Under the pieces are notes generated by a model that made no database searches, was not told the DNA's origin, and worked only from the letters and a program-made list of their open reading frames with translations. A DNA stretch of 64,000 nt from Octopus vulgaris. Lineage: Eukaryota. The stretch lies in assembly GCA_951406725.2 (NCBI GenBank), contig OX597818.1, forward strand, positions 37,634,001-37,698,000, given 5' to 3'. Positions 11,265-23,952 of this stretch are shown here, in pieces; position 1 is the stretch's first letter; each line of letters starts with the position of its first letter. The translations under genes and the position numbers were made by a program.

Positions 11265-13167
11265 AATATTCTCATTCTCCCTACAAGACCTTCATCTTAA
11301 TAGTATATGGATGCCAAAGCGATCACTCTGAATTGTGGTAGGTTCACTGCAGTCCCAGTCCACCGATGGATTTTATTTCCATTTGTAGCCATCTCAAATA
11401 TACTAGTAATGTTTTGAGAAATCTACGCATCCCACAGTGTAATTTCGTCCCTCGTATATGTAAAAAGAACTGCAAATGGCCGTTATATATATTAGCTTTT
11501 GACAAGTATTATTTTTGCAATAGTTTATGCGTGTTAAGATAGTGCATATAGGGCACTGTGTCGATGTTACATTATCAGTAAGCTGGTGGGTATATTTCCT
11601 TTCTTAATTCTCTGCTGTAGGGGCTTGTCATATGTATTCGCTTTGAAATCTTGAGCGCCATCATAATGATTTCTGACATCAACACAAATCCACAGATACT
11701 GGGGAAGGGAATAGTTGAATAGACTCTTATACTTGACAAATACTTATATATGGACCCCAGAGAATGAAAGGCAAAGCCAACCCCGGTGGGATTTGAACTT
11801 ATAATGTAAAAGGACGTAACTAAATACCGCTCGGCAGTTTGTTCGACGCTCCACCGAGTCTGGTATTCAACCGTGCTAAAATGTCTTTATACAGAAGTGT
11901 AAATAAGGTCTTTAGTAGATGACTGCTGAGTTGGGGAAAACTGAAATCCCGGAGGAAGAAAAAGTTTTTAAAATAACGCCTCTTTACAATATGAAATGTT
12001 TCGTTTTTCGTCACTGAAGAACACTTGACTCCTATTTTTTATTTTGCTTTCTTCTTTGCTGTTTGCTTTATCGTAGACGTCGTTGTGGGATTGAGCTCGT
12101 AGTGGTTCTGTCAATTTTAGGAGATATTCGGGTGGAGTGATACATAGAGATGTTTTGCTATTACTTCAGATACATAAGAGGACCGAAACCTATTTCTAAG
12201 ATGACAGTTAGTTTACGCTATAGTGTTCCCATTATTTATATACAGTAAAACTGATGAGCCAGCGCGAATTAAGATCTTTAAAAAATATGGACACAATGAA
12301 CAGATTACCGTTCAGTCGGCTGTCTACATCTTTTTAGGACAGCCAGTTTCAACATTCTAACATACAGAAGTTGTTCTTTTGCTCCTTTTGGGCAAATCTA
12401 TAATTAAAAACATTCCGGTCATGACCATCCCGTCTTGTGGTAGTATGTAGAACTATAGTCTCTTATGTATCCTTTTCTTATTAAAGATGTCAAAGAGTAA
12501 TGTGGGGAAAATTTGGCTGCTTTGTCTACCAGGCCGAATGCTCCCTTCTTGGTTAGTTTTACTATATTTATGGTGTAAATTGTAGATAATCAATTTATAT
12601 GCTTAATCGTGAAGTTGGAATCAAATAAGTATTAATATGTTCACCTGTTCACCAGTGAGGTCAGTAAAACAACAAAGAACCTGAAATATATTGATCTAAT
12701 TCATACGCAATTCTAGCATAAAAAACCGCACCTAGTGAAAAGATATTTTCAAATAGCCGTTATGAGCAAAATAGTGTCTGTATGATTAAATAACTGCAGC
12801 TGCTGTACCTATAACTGCTGCTAAAGTAGAATTATTAATCATAGAATAAGAGTGTAAAGGGCCCTCTTAACATTTTAGCATTTACAAATGTTAAAATAGT
12901 GCATGCACTTAAGACGATGATATATTAAAAAAGTTAAGATAGTGGAATATATCCATTCTTAGCTCTCAGTGGTTGGTGCTTGCCATGTGTTCAGTTTAAG
13001 TCTTGAATGATAATATTATATCTAATATCGCCACAAGGTCGCACATATATGGGAAGCAAACAGTCGATTAGTAAAATGTCGTCCATATGAAACAGGTCTA
13101 AATGATTATCAGTTTCAACCATAGCATAGCATTACATAAGTACTTACAAAGTAGATTCTCTAACTAT

Positions 13168-13560
13168 ACTCTTTTACTCTTTTACTTGTTTCAGTCATTT
13201 GACTGTGGCCATGCTGGAGCATCGCCTTTAGTCGAGTAAATCGATCCCAGGACTTATTCTTTGTAAGCCTAGTACTTACTCTATCGGTTCTCTTTTGCTG
13301 AATCGCTAAGTTACGGGGACGTAAACACACCAGCATCGGTCGTCAAACGATATTGGAGAGACAAACACAGACACACAAACATATACACACACATGCATAT
13401 ATATATATATATATATACATATATACGACGGGCTTCTTTCAGTTTCCGCCTACCAAATCCACTCACAAGGCTTTGGTCGGCCCGAGGCTATAGTAGGAGA
13501 CACATGCCCAAGGCGCCACGCAGTGGGACTGAACTCGGAACCATGTGGTTCGTAAGCAAG
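13168..13560 (-). mobile_element. SINE family S2
   Basis: Matches 61106-61512 in reverse. Confidence 0.85.
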
Positions 13561-14579
13561 CTAAATCATATTAAAGGGGTGCAGTCGTTCGGTAGTTTCT
13601 TTAGAGCATTGTAGCAAGAATCTTACGAAAATGTCGGTAGCTCTGTGTTCTGAATTCAAAACTCACAGAGAGCAATCTCGCTGTTCATGCCACCGACGCA
13701 TCTATATCTAAAGCTGCCTGTTAAACTGATATGAACCTACTCGAACATGACGGTGATAGAATGGTCTGGAACATGATCTTTTACGAGAAGGTCCTCAAGG
13801 GGACTTGAACTTAGAACTGCAGGTTAAAGAAAATAGTCATTGATTATATTCTACTTCCTAGTTTAGCGAGTTTCGCGATTTAAAGTTTACCTATGGGACC
13901 ATTTTACTGCTTGATGGACTATGCCAGTGAAAAGTGACTTGGTCACAGACATAGCACAAGATTGGTGGAAGAAATGATACAAATCACCGCCATTTTACCT
14001 GTTGACAGACTGGGTTTGCTCTGACTTCGTATTCTGTAATATTGCATTATAAATAAAGATAATCAAATTTAGAAGATACTTTGAAGTATAACACGAGTGC
14101 AGAATGAAAATACAAAAAATACATTTTCTAGATATTGCTATAACCTACGTAACGAGATAGTAAGAGCAATAGTGGTTTATATTAAATTTATCTGATAAAA
14201 CTCTTCTGTACTTCCTGTCCGTACACTCGTTATCAAGTAAATTAAGCTGTGCACAGTGAAAAATGGAGGTTAAATTAACGAGAAACTAAATTTGATGCTA
14301 TCTCCGGTACGTTATTATGTAGTGGTATTATCTTGATGAGGCAATTAGTAAAAAATAGATCTTACAAACGTTTCCTAGATCTCCGATAACTCCTAGTTAG
14401 ATTATAGAGAAATTAATGGCATGGAAATTTAGATTTCATTCTATATTAAATTCGATTGCAACACGAAATTGATATGTGAAAATCGTAGACATCTAAAACT
14501 CTAAAAATTGTAGAAATCTAAAAACGACAATCTACTTTGAAATTAATTCCTGCTCAATTGATGTGTGCGCGCGCGTACA

Positions 14580-14610
<31 letters not shown>

Positions 14611-14787
14611 GTGTGTGTGTGTGTGTGCGCGCGTGCGTGCCTGTGTTCGTTTGCTTCTGATTGACTTCGTGAGCATTTTCGTATACATGTTTGTACTAGC
14701 AGATGTATCGCCTGAATAGATTTTGACAGCTTCTGCAAATATTATGTAAGTCTTATACGCTCTCGCCTGGGATTTGCATGTGGAAGG

Positions 14788-14837
<50 letters not shown>

Positions 14838-15099
14838 TTGTTTAAATGTAAATGAAATTTTATGATATATAAAAGATGATGGGATGGGAAAGAGAACGGG
14901 ATAAACATTAGGTTTCGCTGGTTTGTTTTAGTCAATCATCCAGATTAACAAACTAATTATTGATCGTATACATCATTCATATACTGCAAGTTTTAAAATT
15001 TATAACATTTAACAAAATAAAAATCTTCAGTAAATAGAAATTTAAAGATGAGATTAAAAGAGAAATAGCTACAGGAAATATATAGCACAGCAAATAAAT

Positions 15100-16300
15100 C
15101 AATATTTCAGACCGCCACGTTCAACAACCACACTGAATGAGCACAAACAATACATGAAGGTTTCAACAACAACAAAAGCCTCCCACACGCGTCTTCCTAA
15201 CAACCATGCATATCAACAAAGCTTTTGACTCCATTTCTCGCTTTTATACACAAACTAGCCAACACTATTTAAAAAGAAACAAAAACAACACACAGCACTG
15301 GTAAGCACACTACCTGCCAAACCCAAGCGGTATACAAAAACGTTAAGGCGGCGAGCTGGCAGAATTGTTAGCACGCCGGGCGAAATGCGTAGCCGTATTT
15401 CGTCTACCGTTACGTTCTGAGTTCAAATTCCGCCGAGGTCGACTTTGCTTTTCATCCTTTCGGGGGCGATTAAATAAGTACCAGTTACGCACTGGGGTCG
15501 ATATAATCGACTTAATCCATTTGTCTGTCCTTGTTTGTCCCCTCTGTGTTTAGCCCCTTGTGGGCAGTAAAGAAATAGGTATACAAAAACGTTTCCATAT
15601 GGATTTCACTCCCTCTTTTTCATATATGTTACAATTCCCACATTTCATCATATCTCACAACCACTTATGATTCTTCAGACATGGTTGAACAACTAACTAT
15701 TCTAATTCTACAACTACCTAAAAACTGGTTCTAAAACAAAAGGTTTAAAGTGGCATCCACAAAAATCTATTGACTCCTTTCATACCAGAAACACTGCAGA
15801 ACAGAAAAAAACAACAACAAAAACAAACAAAAAACAACCATTTATCCTTCTATCCATCACACTTAACGTAAACGTATATCACACATTAACAGAAGATAAA
15901 AATGCCTAGTAGGTACTTAGAATACACCTTACCTACAACAGTCAAAATACACTTAAAAGGCATAATAAAGGGAACAACCAAATGACCATACTTAAAGTAT
16001 TCGTTGGAATCACACTTGACCAACGGAAAGAAATAATTATACTGTAAAAACAATATGTTAGCGCCATCATAGGTTGCGCCGGACCAACTTCGCTCTCATC
16101 AAACTCCAATAGACAACAAATACACAAAACAGCATACACAAAACAGCATATAAGGCATCATCGTAGGCTGTACACAAATCACCTATATAATGAAACCAAA
16201 AAAAAATGAAAGATTATCATCTGGACATGCAAGAAGCACAGTTTGTTATCGAGGCAGTGACCTTTGGTTGTTCTACAGCCTAAATCACCTCAAACACTCA
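15100..16300 (+). mobile_element. highly degraded LINE RT remnant (I/Nimb-like)
   Basis: INKAFDSI near 15212; later remnants such as LKVFVGITLDQRKEIIIL and IIVGCTQIT; many stops. Confidence 0.45.
15345..15577 (+). mobile_element. SINE family S1, full length
   Basis: 16-bp TSD ggtatacaaaaacgtt at 15329-15344 and 15578-15593. Confidence 0.9.
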
Positions 16301-16313
16301 TGCTTATATTCAA

Positions 16314-16611
16314 CTAGCAGTATCGCCCGGCGTTGCTCGGGTTTGTAAGGGAAACAACTATATAAGCATTTTTAGAGAGTTACTTCCCTTATATAATAGC
16401 AAAAAATGCATTAAAAATTGGAAAAATTTATGGTAATTTTTTTTAAAAATCGTAGACTCATCGTAGACGCGCGCTAATACCCAGAAGGGCTCGATATGAA
16501 TCACAACTATAAGATACCCGGTTTTGGTTAAACTGCACCGCAAAATGTGGGAGTAGTTAGGAATCTAAATCGTAGGAGACAGACACACAACTTCACTTTT
16601 ATATATAAAGA
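16314..16611 (-). mobile_element. non-autonomous Helitron
   Basis: Minus strand starts TCTTTATATATAAAAG and ends with hairpin cccgagcaacgccggg plus CTAG; inserted between A and T. Confidence 0.85.
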
Positions 16612-19600
16612 TGTCCTGGAACGCTGCTACAACAGCATCCTAAAAACGCTAATCTGTCCCAGCCTACCTCCTCTTTTCCTAAAATACGCAGGCAACACAG
16701 AAATAGGTACAGCATCAAGAATATCACAAATCCTAATCGCTATTGCAATAAATGAAAGGGAATAGCAATTACCGCGCTCTGATCAAGTTTACTTCATCTT
16801 CCTCTTTTGTGACCACCACTAAGAATCGACAGGCGTACAAAAGTAAACTGAACAGTAGAGAGAATGCAACATGTCCAGATTATTACGCTGTAATCATAAA
16901 ATTGACCATTGCGTGTAATAGAGTGCATTATAGTTCTTAAGCAGAGGCGTTGGATAAGTGAAAATTCAAAAAAAGAGTCGTACCGACTATTTGGTTGCAT
17001 ACTTGCTTCCATAGGCCTACCTGACAGAGGCCTACATAATAGCATGTATAAACATTTTGCTGCAAAAGAATGTTATGATTAGCTAATATCTGCTTACTGA
17101 ATACGTACTCTCACTCGACTTCTTTCTCCGAGATTCTTTATCACAACAAATATGTTTTCAAACTATAAAATTTGTTAATTCCTTTGTTGTATTGAATCTC
17201 AAGTAAATAATTTTCCTTCGTTATTCTATAAAAATTCCATAAAGTTTTCTGTAAATGATATCGGCAACAGTGAATTTAAAGACATTCAAATTAGCGTCAA
17301 AATCGCGATCGTCATGCAACTAAAGAACTCCGATTCCGGCTCTAATTTTCGGTTTTAACGAAAAGAATTCAAACCAAAAATTATTAAAATATTTTCGATA
17401 TATGCATTAAGACTTCTTCACGTTCTGACATCGAATCCCGCCAATGCTAAAGTTAATTTTTCAACCTAAGGGGGAGTCAATAAAAATTAGCATTAGTCCA
17501 CAATTAACGTCGATCTTAATTGACAAAATCCATTCCCAAAATTTGAAGCCTTGCGTCTATGTTAGAAATCAATTTCAACCCTGAACGCCTACAATTTCTC
17601 ATCAAAGCTGTAAATGTCACTGCTGTTATTAATAATTTTGCTGAGTCTCCACCAGGTGAAGGAGAGCAACTGAAATCATTACTCACGTACCTCTTCCTTC
17701 TTACACAGCATATCAAACTTTCCCATCTAATATTTTCGAATGACTCATACTCGTACAATTATTAATTTCTTCGGAATCTAAAGAATAATTTCGATTATAA
17801 AAGTTTTTGTTAGGTTCTTCTTGCCAACTTAACATATAGTGTTTATCTGAAATAATTTTATCCAATATCGGTCAAACAGTTGGTGCTATTATTCTTTGCT
17901 ACATGTCAGTTTCTCTGCCTCGAGGGAAAGTATAAATTAGGCGAAATATTTAGTCTTTGGCACTTCCTTTGGGAGGCTGATATATGCAGAAAGTGAACTA
18001 CTGGCTCTTCTGGTTTGTCTCTGAATCGATACACCTTTTTTAATACTTCCATGACTGTCAAGATGTTCATTTTACCCGTTAGCCAAAGAACCAGAACATC
18101 AATAAACCTATCAATTTAGATGGAAATATTGATTTACATATCTACCGCCTCAGGCGATATTTTCATCCATTGAATTCATATAATGAAATCTTTTGTTAGG
18201 GTTGCCAATCACAAAGTCTTCTCACATTTCATTCATCTAGCTAAATACTACCTTTACTGAGACCGACCATGAGTATTTACATTACAGATTATTCATTGGT
18301 TTATTCCTTATTTCGTTCAACTTTCCAAACTTACTTTTACTCTGGGCCAATCTAGTTTCCTACCCTATACAGTTGTGGCTATTCCCAATAGAAGGTTCTT
18401 AACTACCAACTTGTCAAATATTTTAGTGGTTGTGCTATTTAGGCTTGCGTCTGATAAGCTTGACTACCAAATGTTGGAAATATCCTCCGTCTCCAGGAGA
18501 AAGGCCTTGGCCAGGCTTTTAATAGACGACTAGCAGTTGCCCAAACAGCAAGTGTCTCATCTCAACGTCCCTGATGTTGTCCAGTAGACAGTCAAGGACT
18601 GATATAGCTTGGTAACAGTGTAGTAGCTAGTGAACTTAGAACGTAAAAAGACTTTTCAAATATCACACGTCATTTTGTACAACGTTCTAGCGTTTCTATC
18701 AATCTACCACCATTGACTTGCACCTTATTTAATCGACCACGGAAGGAGAAAAGACAAATTAGACCTCGATGAGATAGGAACCTAGAACAGAAATAGCCGG
18801 ATAACACAGGACATTTTGTTCAACGCTCTCACGATTCTACCAACACACACCTCTTATTTTACTAGTAAAGTTTCCAGAACAGGTGTAAGGTTCGAAATTT
18901 GGAGAAGAATGTTATTCGATAGTCTTTTATACCAATATTTCTAATAAATCTCAAGGAACAGAAACTATTGTTGATAGAACTAAAATGAAGTATCAATTTA
19001 GTCGGTACTTAACTGGTACTTTAATTTGGCAACTCTAAAGGATGAAAAGTAAAATTGAACTCAGAATGTAAAAAAAACTGTAACAAGATATTCAAAGCTG
19101 TTTATTCGACGCGCTAACGATTCTGCTAATCTGCCACCCTTATTGCTTATGTGTGCCAGAATGACGAGAGAACTCTACCATTTATAGAGTTTTTTTAGTA
19201 AGTCGATACTAAGACGATTACATCCGACACATTTCCTAAAGACTTATAATGACAATGCTACTGGGAGTGTGAGATAATAATGTGTTAGTCTGCGGAAAAT
19301 CAGTGCAGACATCCTACTGCGTCATGTGCCGACCTGTAGGCATGTGTCTGTGTGTTTGTTCGTGAAAAAATAATTAAATAATTGTCATGGGGATTATTTT
19401 ACGAAATGTCATTTTTTCCTCATTTTTTTTTTCTTTCTTTAAAACACTGCTCGTTGAAATTGATTAAATCTCGTTGGATTTGGATTTGTCTTTCTGGATT
19501 GATGAAATAAATACATGATGTGATTTGACCATATGATGGAAAGCAAAGTTGACAACGGCGGAATTTGAACTCAAAACGTAAAGATAGACGAAATGCGGCT

Positions 19601-19740
19601 AAACATTTTGCGTGGCGTAGCTAACGATTCTGCCGGCTCGCCGCCTTTCCGTTGTACTAATATTAGAGTAGCGAACAAGGTGGTGACCTGGCAGATATCG
19701 ACTTTGCCTTCCAACCTTTCGGGCTCAATAAAATATTACC

Positions 19741-19898
19741 AGGCTGTGTGGTAAGTAGCGTGCTTACCAACCACATGGTTCCCAGTTCAGTCCCACTGCG
19801 TGCACCTTGGGTAAATCCACTCACAAGGCTTTGGTCGGCCCGAGGCTATAGTAGAAGACACTTGCCCAAGGTGCCACGCAGTGGGACAGAACCCGGAC
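19741..19898. mobile_element. rearranged (fold-back) SINE S2
   Basis: Plus-strand head joined to a minus-strand body. Confidence 0.7.
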
Positions 19899-20271
19899 AA
19901 ATATGCGTGGTGTTATATAGCTGCGTCTTTTTAAAATCTGAGTTCTAATTTCACCTATGTCTGCTCACTTAACTTTCAGTCCTTCCGAGATCGATAAAAT
20001 AAAAGAAACACCCGCAAGTGTGATGAGCTCTTCTAGCTTATACCAGGAAGATGTTGTAGTTGTTTAACAATAGTGACCTTCGTGTTAGCATTAAGGGATG
20101 AGGCTGTTGTTTTCAATTATCCTGCAATCTTGAAGATTAATAAATGCCACGCACAATCTACCAGGTGATCCGGAAGTCCTGTTAGCATTTAAATGATATA
20201 GAACATTTGAATCTATTTTGTTACAATTTTGTTCTTTTATACTTTTACAATTATCTTTGCTATTTTGTTAT

Positions 20272-20314
<43 letters not shown>

Positions 20315-20333
20315 CACATATAAATACTGAGAA

Positions 20334-20373
<40 letters not shown>

Positions 20374-20829
20374 GGATAATACTATCAAGTCTGCTTGATG
20401 AGCAGGGTGGTTATTTGGCCACCTTGGAGAATGAAAAACAAGAGCCGTCAAAGGACAGGTGTATTCAGTAGAGTCAACAGTTATCCAATTACGTGATATA
20501 TAAGTATGTGCGAGGGCTTAGCACCATCTGGTATGATGCCGAAGTACTCGATTAGCTTGTTACGGTAGGTTGGACTCTTAAGCCGTGAAGCAGTCTCCTA
20601 ACCCAGGAGACATAATTCTAATAGAGAAGCCTGAGACATATTGTGGTAAACAATTGCCCCAACATTTTGCTTTCTGCATTTCCAAGAAGTGTAGCTGGCC
20701 CATCACACGACTTATCACTACCGAAGACAAATAATCTTAACGATGTTGCTCTAGCATGGACGCAGCTCTCAAGCTGAAGCTAGAGAAAAGAGTTAATGGC
20801 CCTTGTACACCGAAGCCGACTGGAGAATC

Positions 20830-21183
<354 letters not shown>

Positions 21184-21418
21184 ATCCAAGAATCGAGGTG
21201 TAGGAAGAAGGTGAATTTCAAGCAATCCATAGAAAATACAACAAACAACTTTCAGGAACAATAGTGATTTACTGAAGCGGAAGGTTGTGGATTTTTCCCG
21301 TATGTAACTCTAATAGACCATAAACAAAACTTTACTTTAAAAGGATTTAGATAATCCTATGAGGTAGTGCTATTAAGTTGGACATGGTCTGGACCAATCT
21401 TTGATCGAAACATATCTA

Positions 21419-21449
<31 letters not shown>

Positions 21450-21570
21450 CACAATCAAGGAACGGCCATAATAGGCCATTCACCCACTAGAAATAACAGC
21501 CAAAAGCTTCAACCGCAAAATAACATCAATTCCGTAAACTAGGAGAAAATTAAAAAACATTTACCCTGTA

Positions 21571-21677
21571 ATTTCTTATACGATGCACCGTTTCATCTAC
21601 TGTTTAATGGTAAACTAACCTGATTAAATTAAATCAAGCCAATCTACCATAGGCCCTTAGATTCATCAGTAAGAAAT
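21571..21677 (-). ncRNA. type I hammerhead ribozyme, family D, long stem II
   Basis: atttctta-CTGATGA-atcta[58 nt]tagat-GAAA-cggtgcatcg-TA-taagaaat; perfect 8-bp stem I; GUA site; module lies between two (TA)n tracts. Confidence 0.8.
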
Positions 21678-21777
21678 AGCCAAGTCGGAACAGATATTTT
21701 TCACGAGGCAATCCCGTTCCTGCCTCGTCAATATCTGACCTAAAATTTTCAAATCGTCGCACTCGCGCCTATATTGA

Positions 21778-21818
<41 letters not shown>

Positions 21819-21841
21819 TATATATATATATATATATGATA

Positions 21842-22120
21842 TCAATTCTCAAGGACGACCGTATTCATTGTCCTAAAAATGGCATAGTATAACAGTAATC
21901 CAGTTCAATTGTCTGGGCGTATATATTCAACGGACCAGGATGGCCTGGGCAGCAGTGAGTAGGAACGGCGAAGTAGTTGTCTAGCCATCCTTGAATTGCT
22001 GAGCCGTGGTAGTCAAGGGGAGGCAGTCAACGAAGGGTGGCGTGGAAGTTAATGACCGTAGCGAGAAGATAAGTGAAGGCTGTGTTGTAGAGGTGGGGGG
22101 CGTAAATAGAGAGGCAGAGA
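21842..22120 (+). pseudogene. possible degraded GIY-YIG endonuclease (Penelope-like)
   Basis: LKDDRIHCPKNGIV*, then after a frameshift NCLGVYIQRTR, later GVNRE; resembles the GIY-YIG...NR motif order. Confidence 0.4.
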
Positions 22121-22438
22121 CGAAATGTACATTAAAAAGCTCATCTTACCTCGGTTGTTTGACGGTTTATATTAATATAACGAGACGTTTGAATAACCCT
22201 GTTATATTATGTGTATAAGAGAAGAAAAAAAAAAGCATCTGAAAGGTGTATTTGTCCGGCAAGTGATTAAATTGTAAACCCTGTGTTGAAATTAAAACAG
22301 TTGCAGCGTCGAAAAAAACATATTGTGTATTCAAAAATGCACAGAAGCTGTTAACTTCACTTAAACATTTATTATTTTGTGCCAAAATTTTCGTCGCTCC
22401 AGCCATGATTTTTTTTTTTCTTCTTTTTTCCGTTGTCA

Positions 22439-22822
22439 GGTGGCGAGCTGGCAGAAACGTTAGCATGCCGGGCGAAATGCTCAGCAATATTTCGTCTGTC
22501 GCTACGTTCTGAGTTCAAATTCCGCCGAGGTCGACTTTGCCTTTCATCCTTTCAGGGTCGATAAATTAAGTACCAGTCACGCACTGGGTCGATGTAATCG
22601 ACTTAATCCAGTTGTCTGTCCTTGTTTGTCCTCTCTGTGTTTAGCCCTTGTGTGTAGTAAAGAAATAGGTATTTCGTCTGCCGTTACGTTCTGAGTTCAA
22701 ATTCCGCCGAGGTCGACTTGCCTTTCATCCTTTTGGGGGTCGATAAATTAAGTACCAGTTGCGTACTGGGGAAGGTCTAATTGACTGGCTCCCTCACCCC
22801 AAATTTCGGGCCTTGTAGAAAA
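22439..22822 (+). mobile_element. dimeric SINE S1
   Basis: Two S1 cores joined at gaaataggtatttcgtc. Confidence 0.8.
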
Positions 22823-23591
22823 GAGCCGTTGTAACACCGGACAAAATGCTTCACAGTATTTCATCCTTCTTTAAGTTCTGAGTTCAAATTTCGCCATGAT
22901 CGACTTTGCCTTTCATCTCCACCCCCCCCTTTTTTTTTTAGTTCCACTTGAGCACTGGGGTTGGTGTAATCGTCTTACTCCGTTCCCTGAAACTGTTGGC
23001 CTTATGCCAAAATTTCAAACAAATATTTTAAACTCATGTCAACACTAATCGAACAGACCTGCAATCAAGGCAGCCGTGACCATCTCATTTTTACTGATAT
23101 GATACATAGTTCTACATTGTTCAAGGTATTTTGCCTTCTTTCTTTTAGATAGTTGTGTGCAATTAAGATGCTATTTCCATTAAGTTACGCCACTCCTCAG
23201 AGGTTAACTCATGTTTGCCAGTGGTTATTGTTGTTTAGCCACAGGTCATCTCTGATCAAGCTGAACTATGATCAAAGATAGGCCAGCCTTGATCATTCTT
23301 CTTTATTACGTTACGTTACGTTACCCAAGGCGAGGTATTTGTGCCCCTTTTCTTTGTAAGTCGGTATGGTGTGATATGAGGGAGCTTTCCTGTTTCTAAA
23401 AAACCGAACTAATGACTACAAATAGTCATTTTCTTTCAGTGATCATCTAGTGCAGTGAGTGCCAACTAAACTTATTCTTGCACAGGACCTTTATTCAATA
23501 TTTTAAAAATCGCAGACCCCTTAGGACAACCTCTGCAACCTTAATTTTAAAAAAAGTCCTTTGCGAGAAAAATTATTCATATTTTCTTTAT

Positions 23592-23952
23592 TCTTATTTC
23601 AGTCGTTGGACTGTAGCTATTCTAGAGCACTACCTTGAGGAGTTTAGTCAAGCAAATCAATCCTAGTTCTTATTTTTTTTTTACGTCTCGTACTTTTTCT
23701 TGATCCTCTTTTACTGAACTGCTAAATTACGAGTAACAAAACGAACCAAACCGGTTGTCAAGCAGTGATGGGCAAATACAAAGACACGCGTGCACACATA
23801 TACATACATATGGTGGACCTCCGCACAGTTTCCGCCTACCATATTCACTCATAAGACATTGGTCGTCCCAGGGCTTTAGTAGAAGACACTTGCCCAAGAT
23901 GTCGCGCAGTGAGACTGAACCTGAAACCAAGTGGTTAGAAAATGATCTTCTT
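23592..23952 (-). mobile_element. SINE family S2, diverged
   Basis: agtagaagacacttgcccaag...cgcagtgagactgaacc. Confidence 0.7.

Noticed and set aside
12251-12272. CTGATGA motif
   Set aside because: No GAAA or stems
17516-17765. Short ORFs as possible host exons
   Set aside because: No recognisable domain or convincing splice signals
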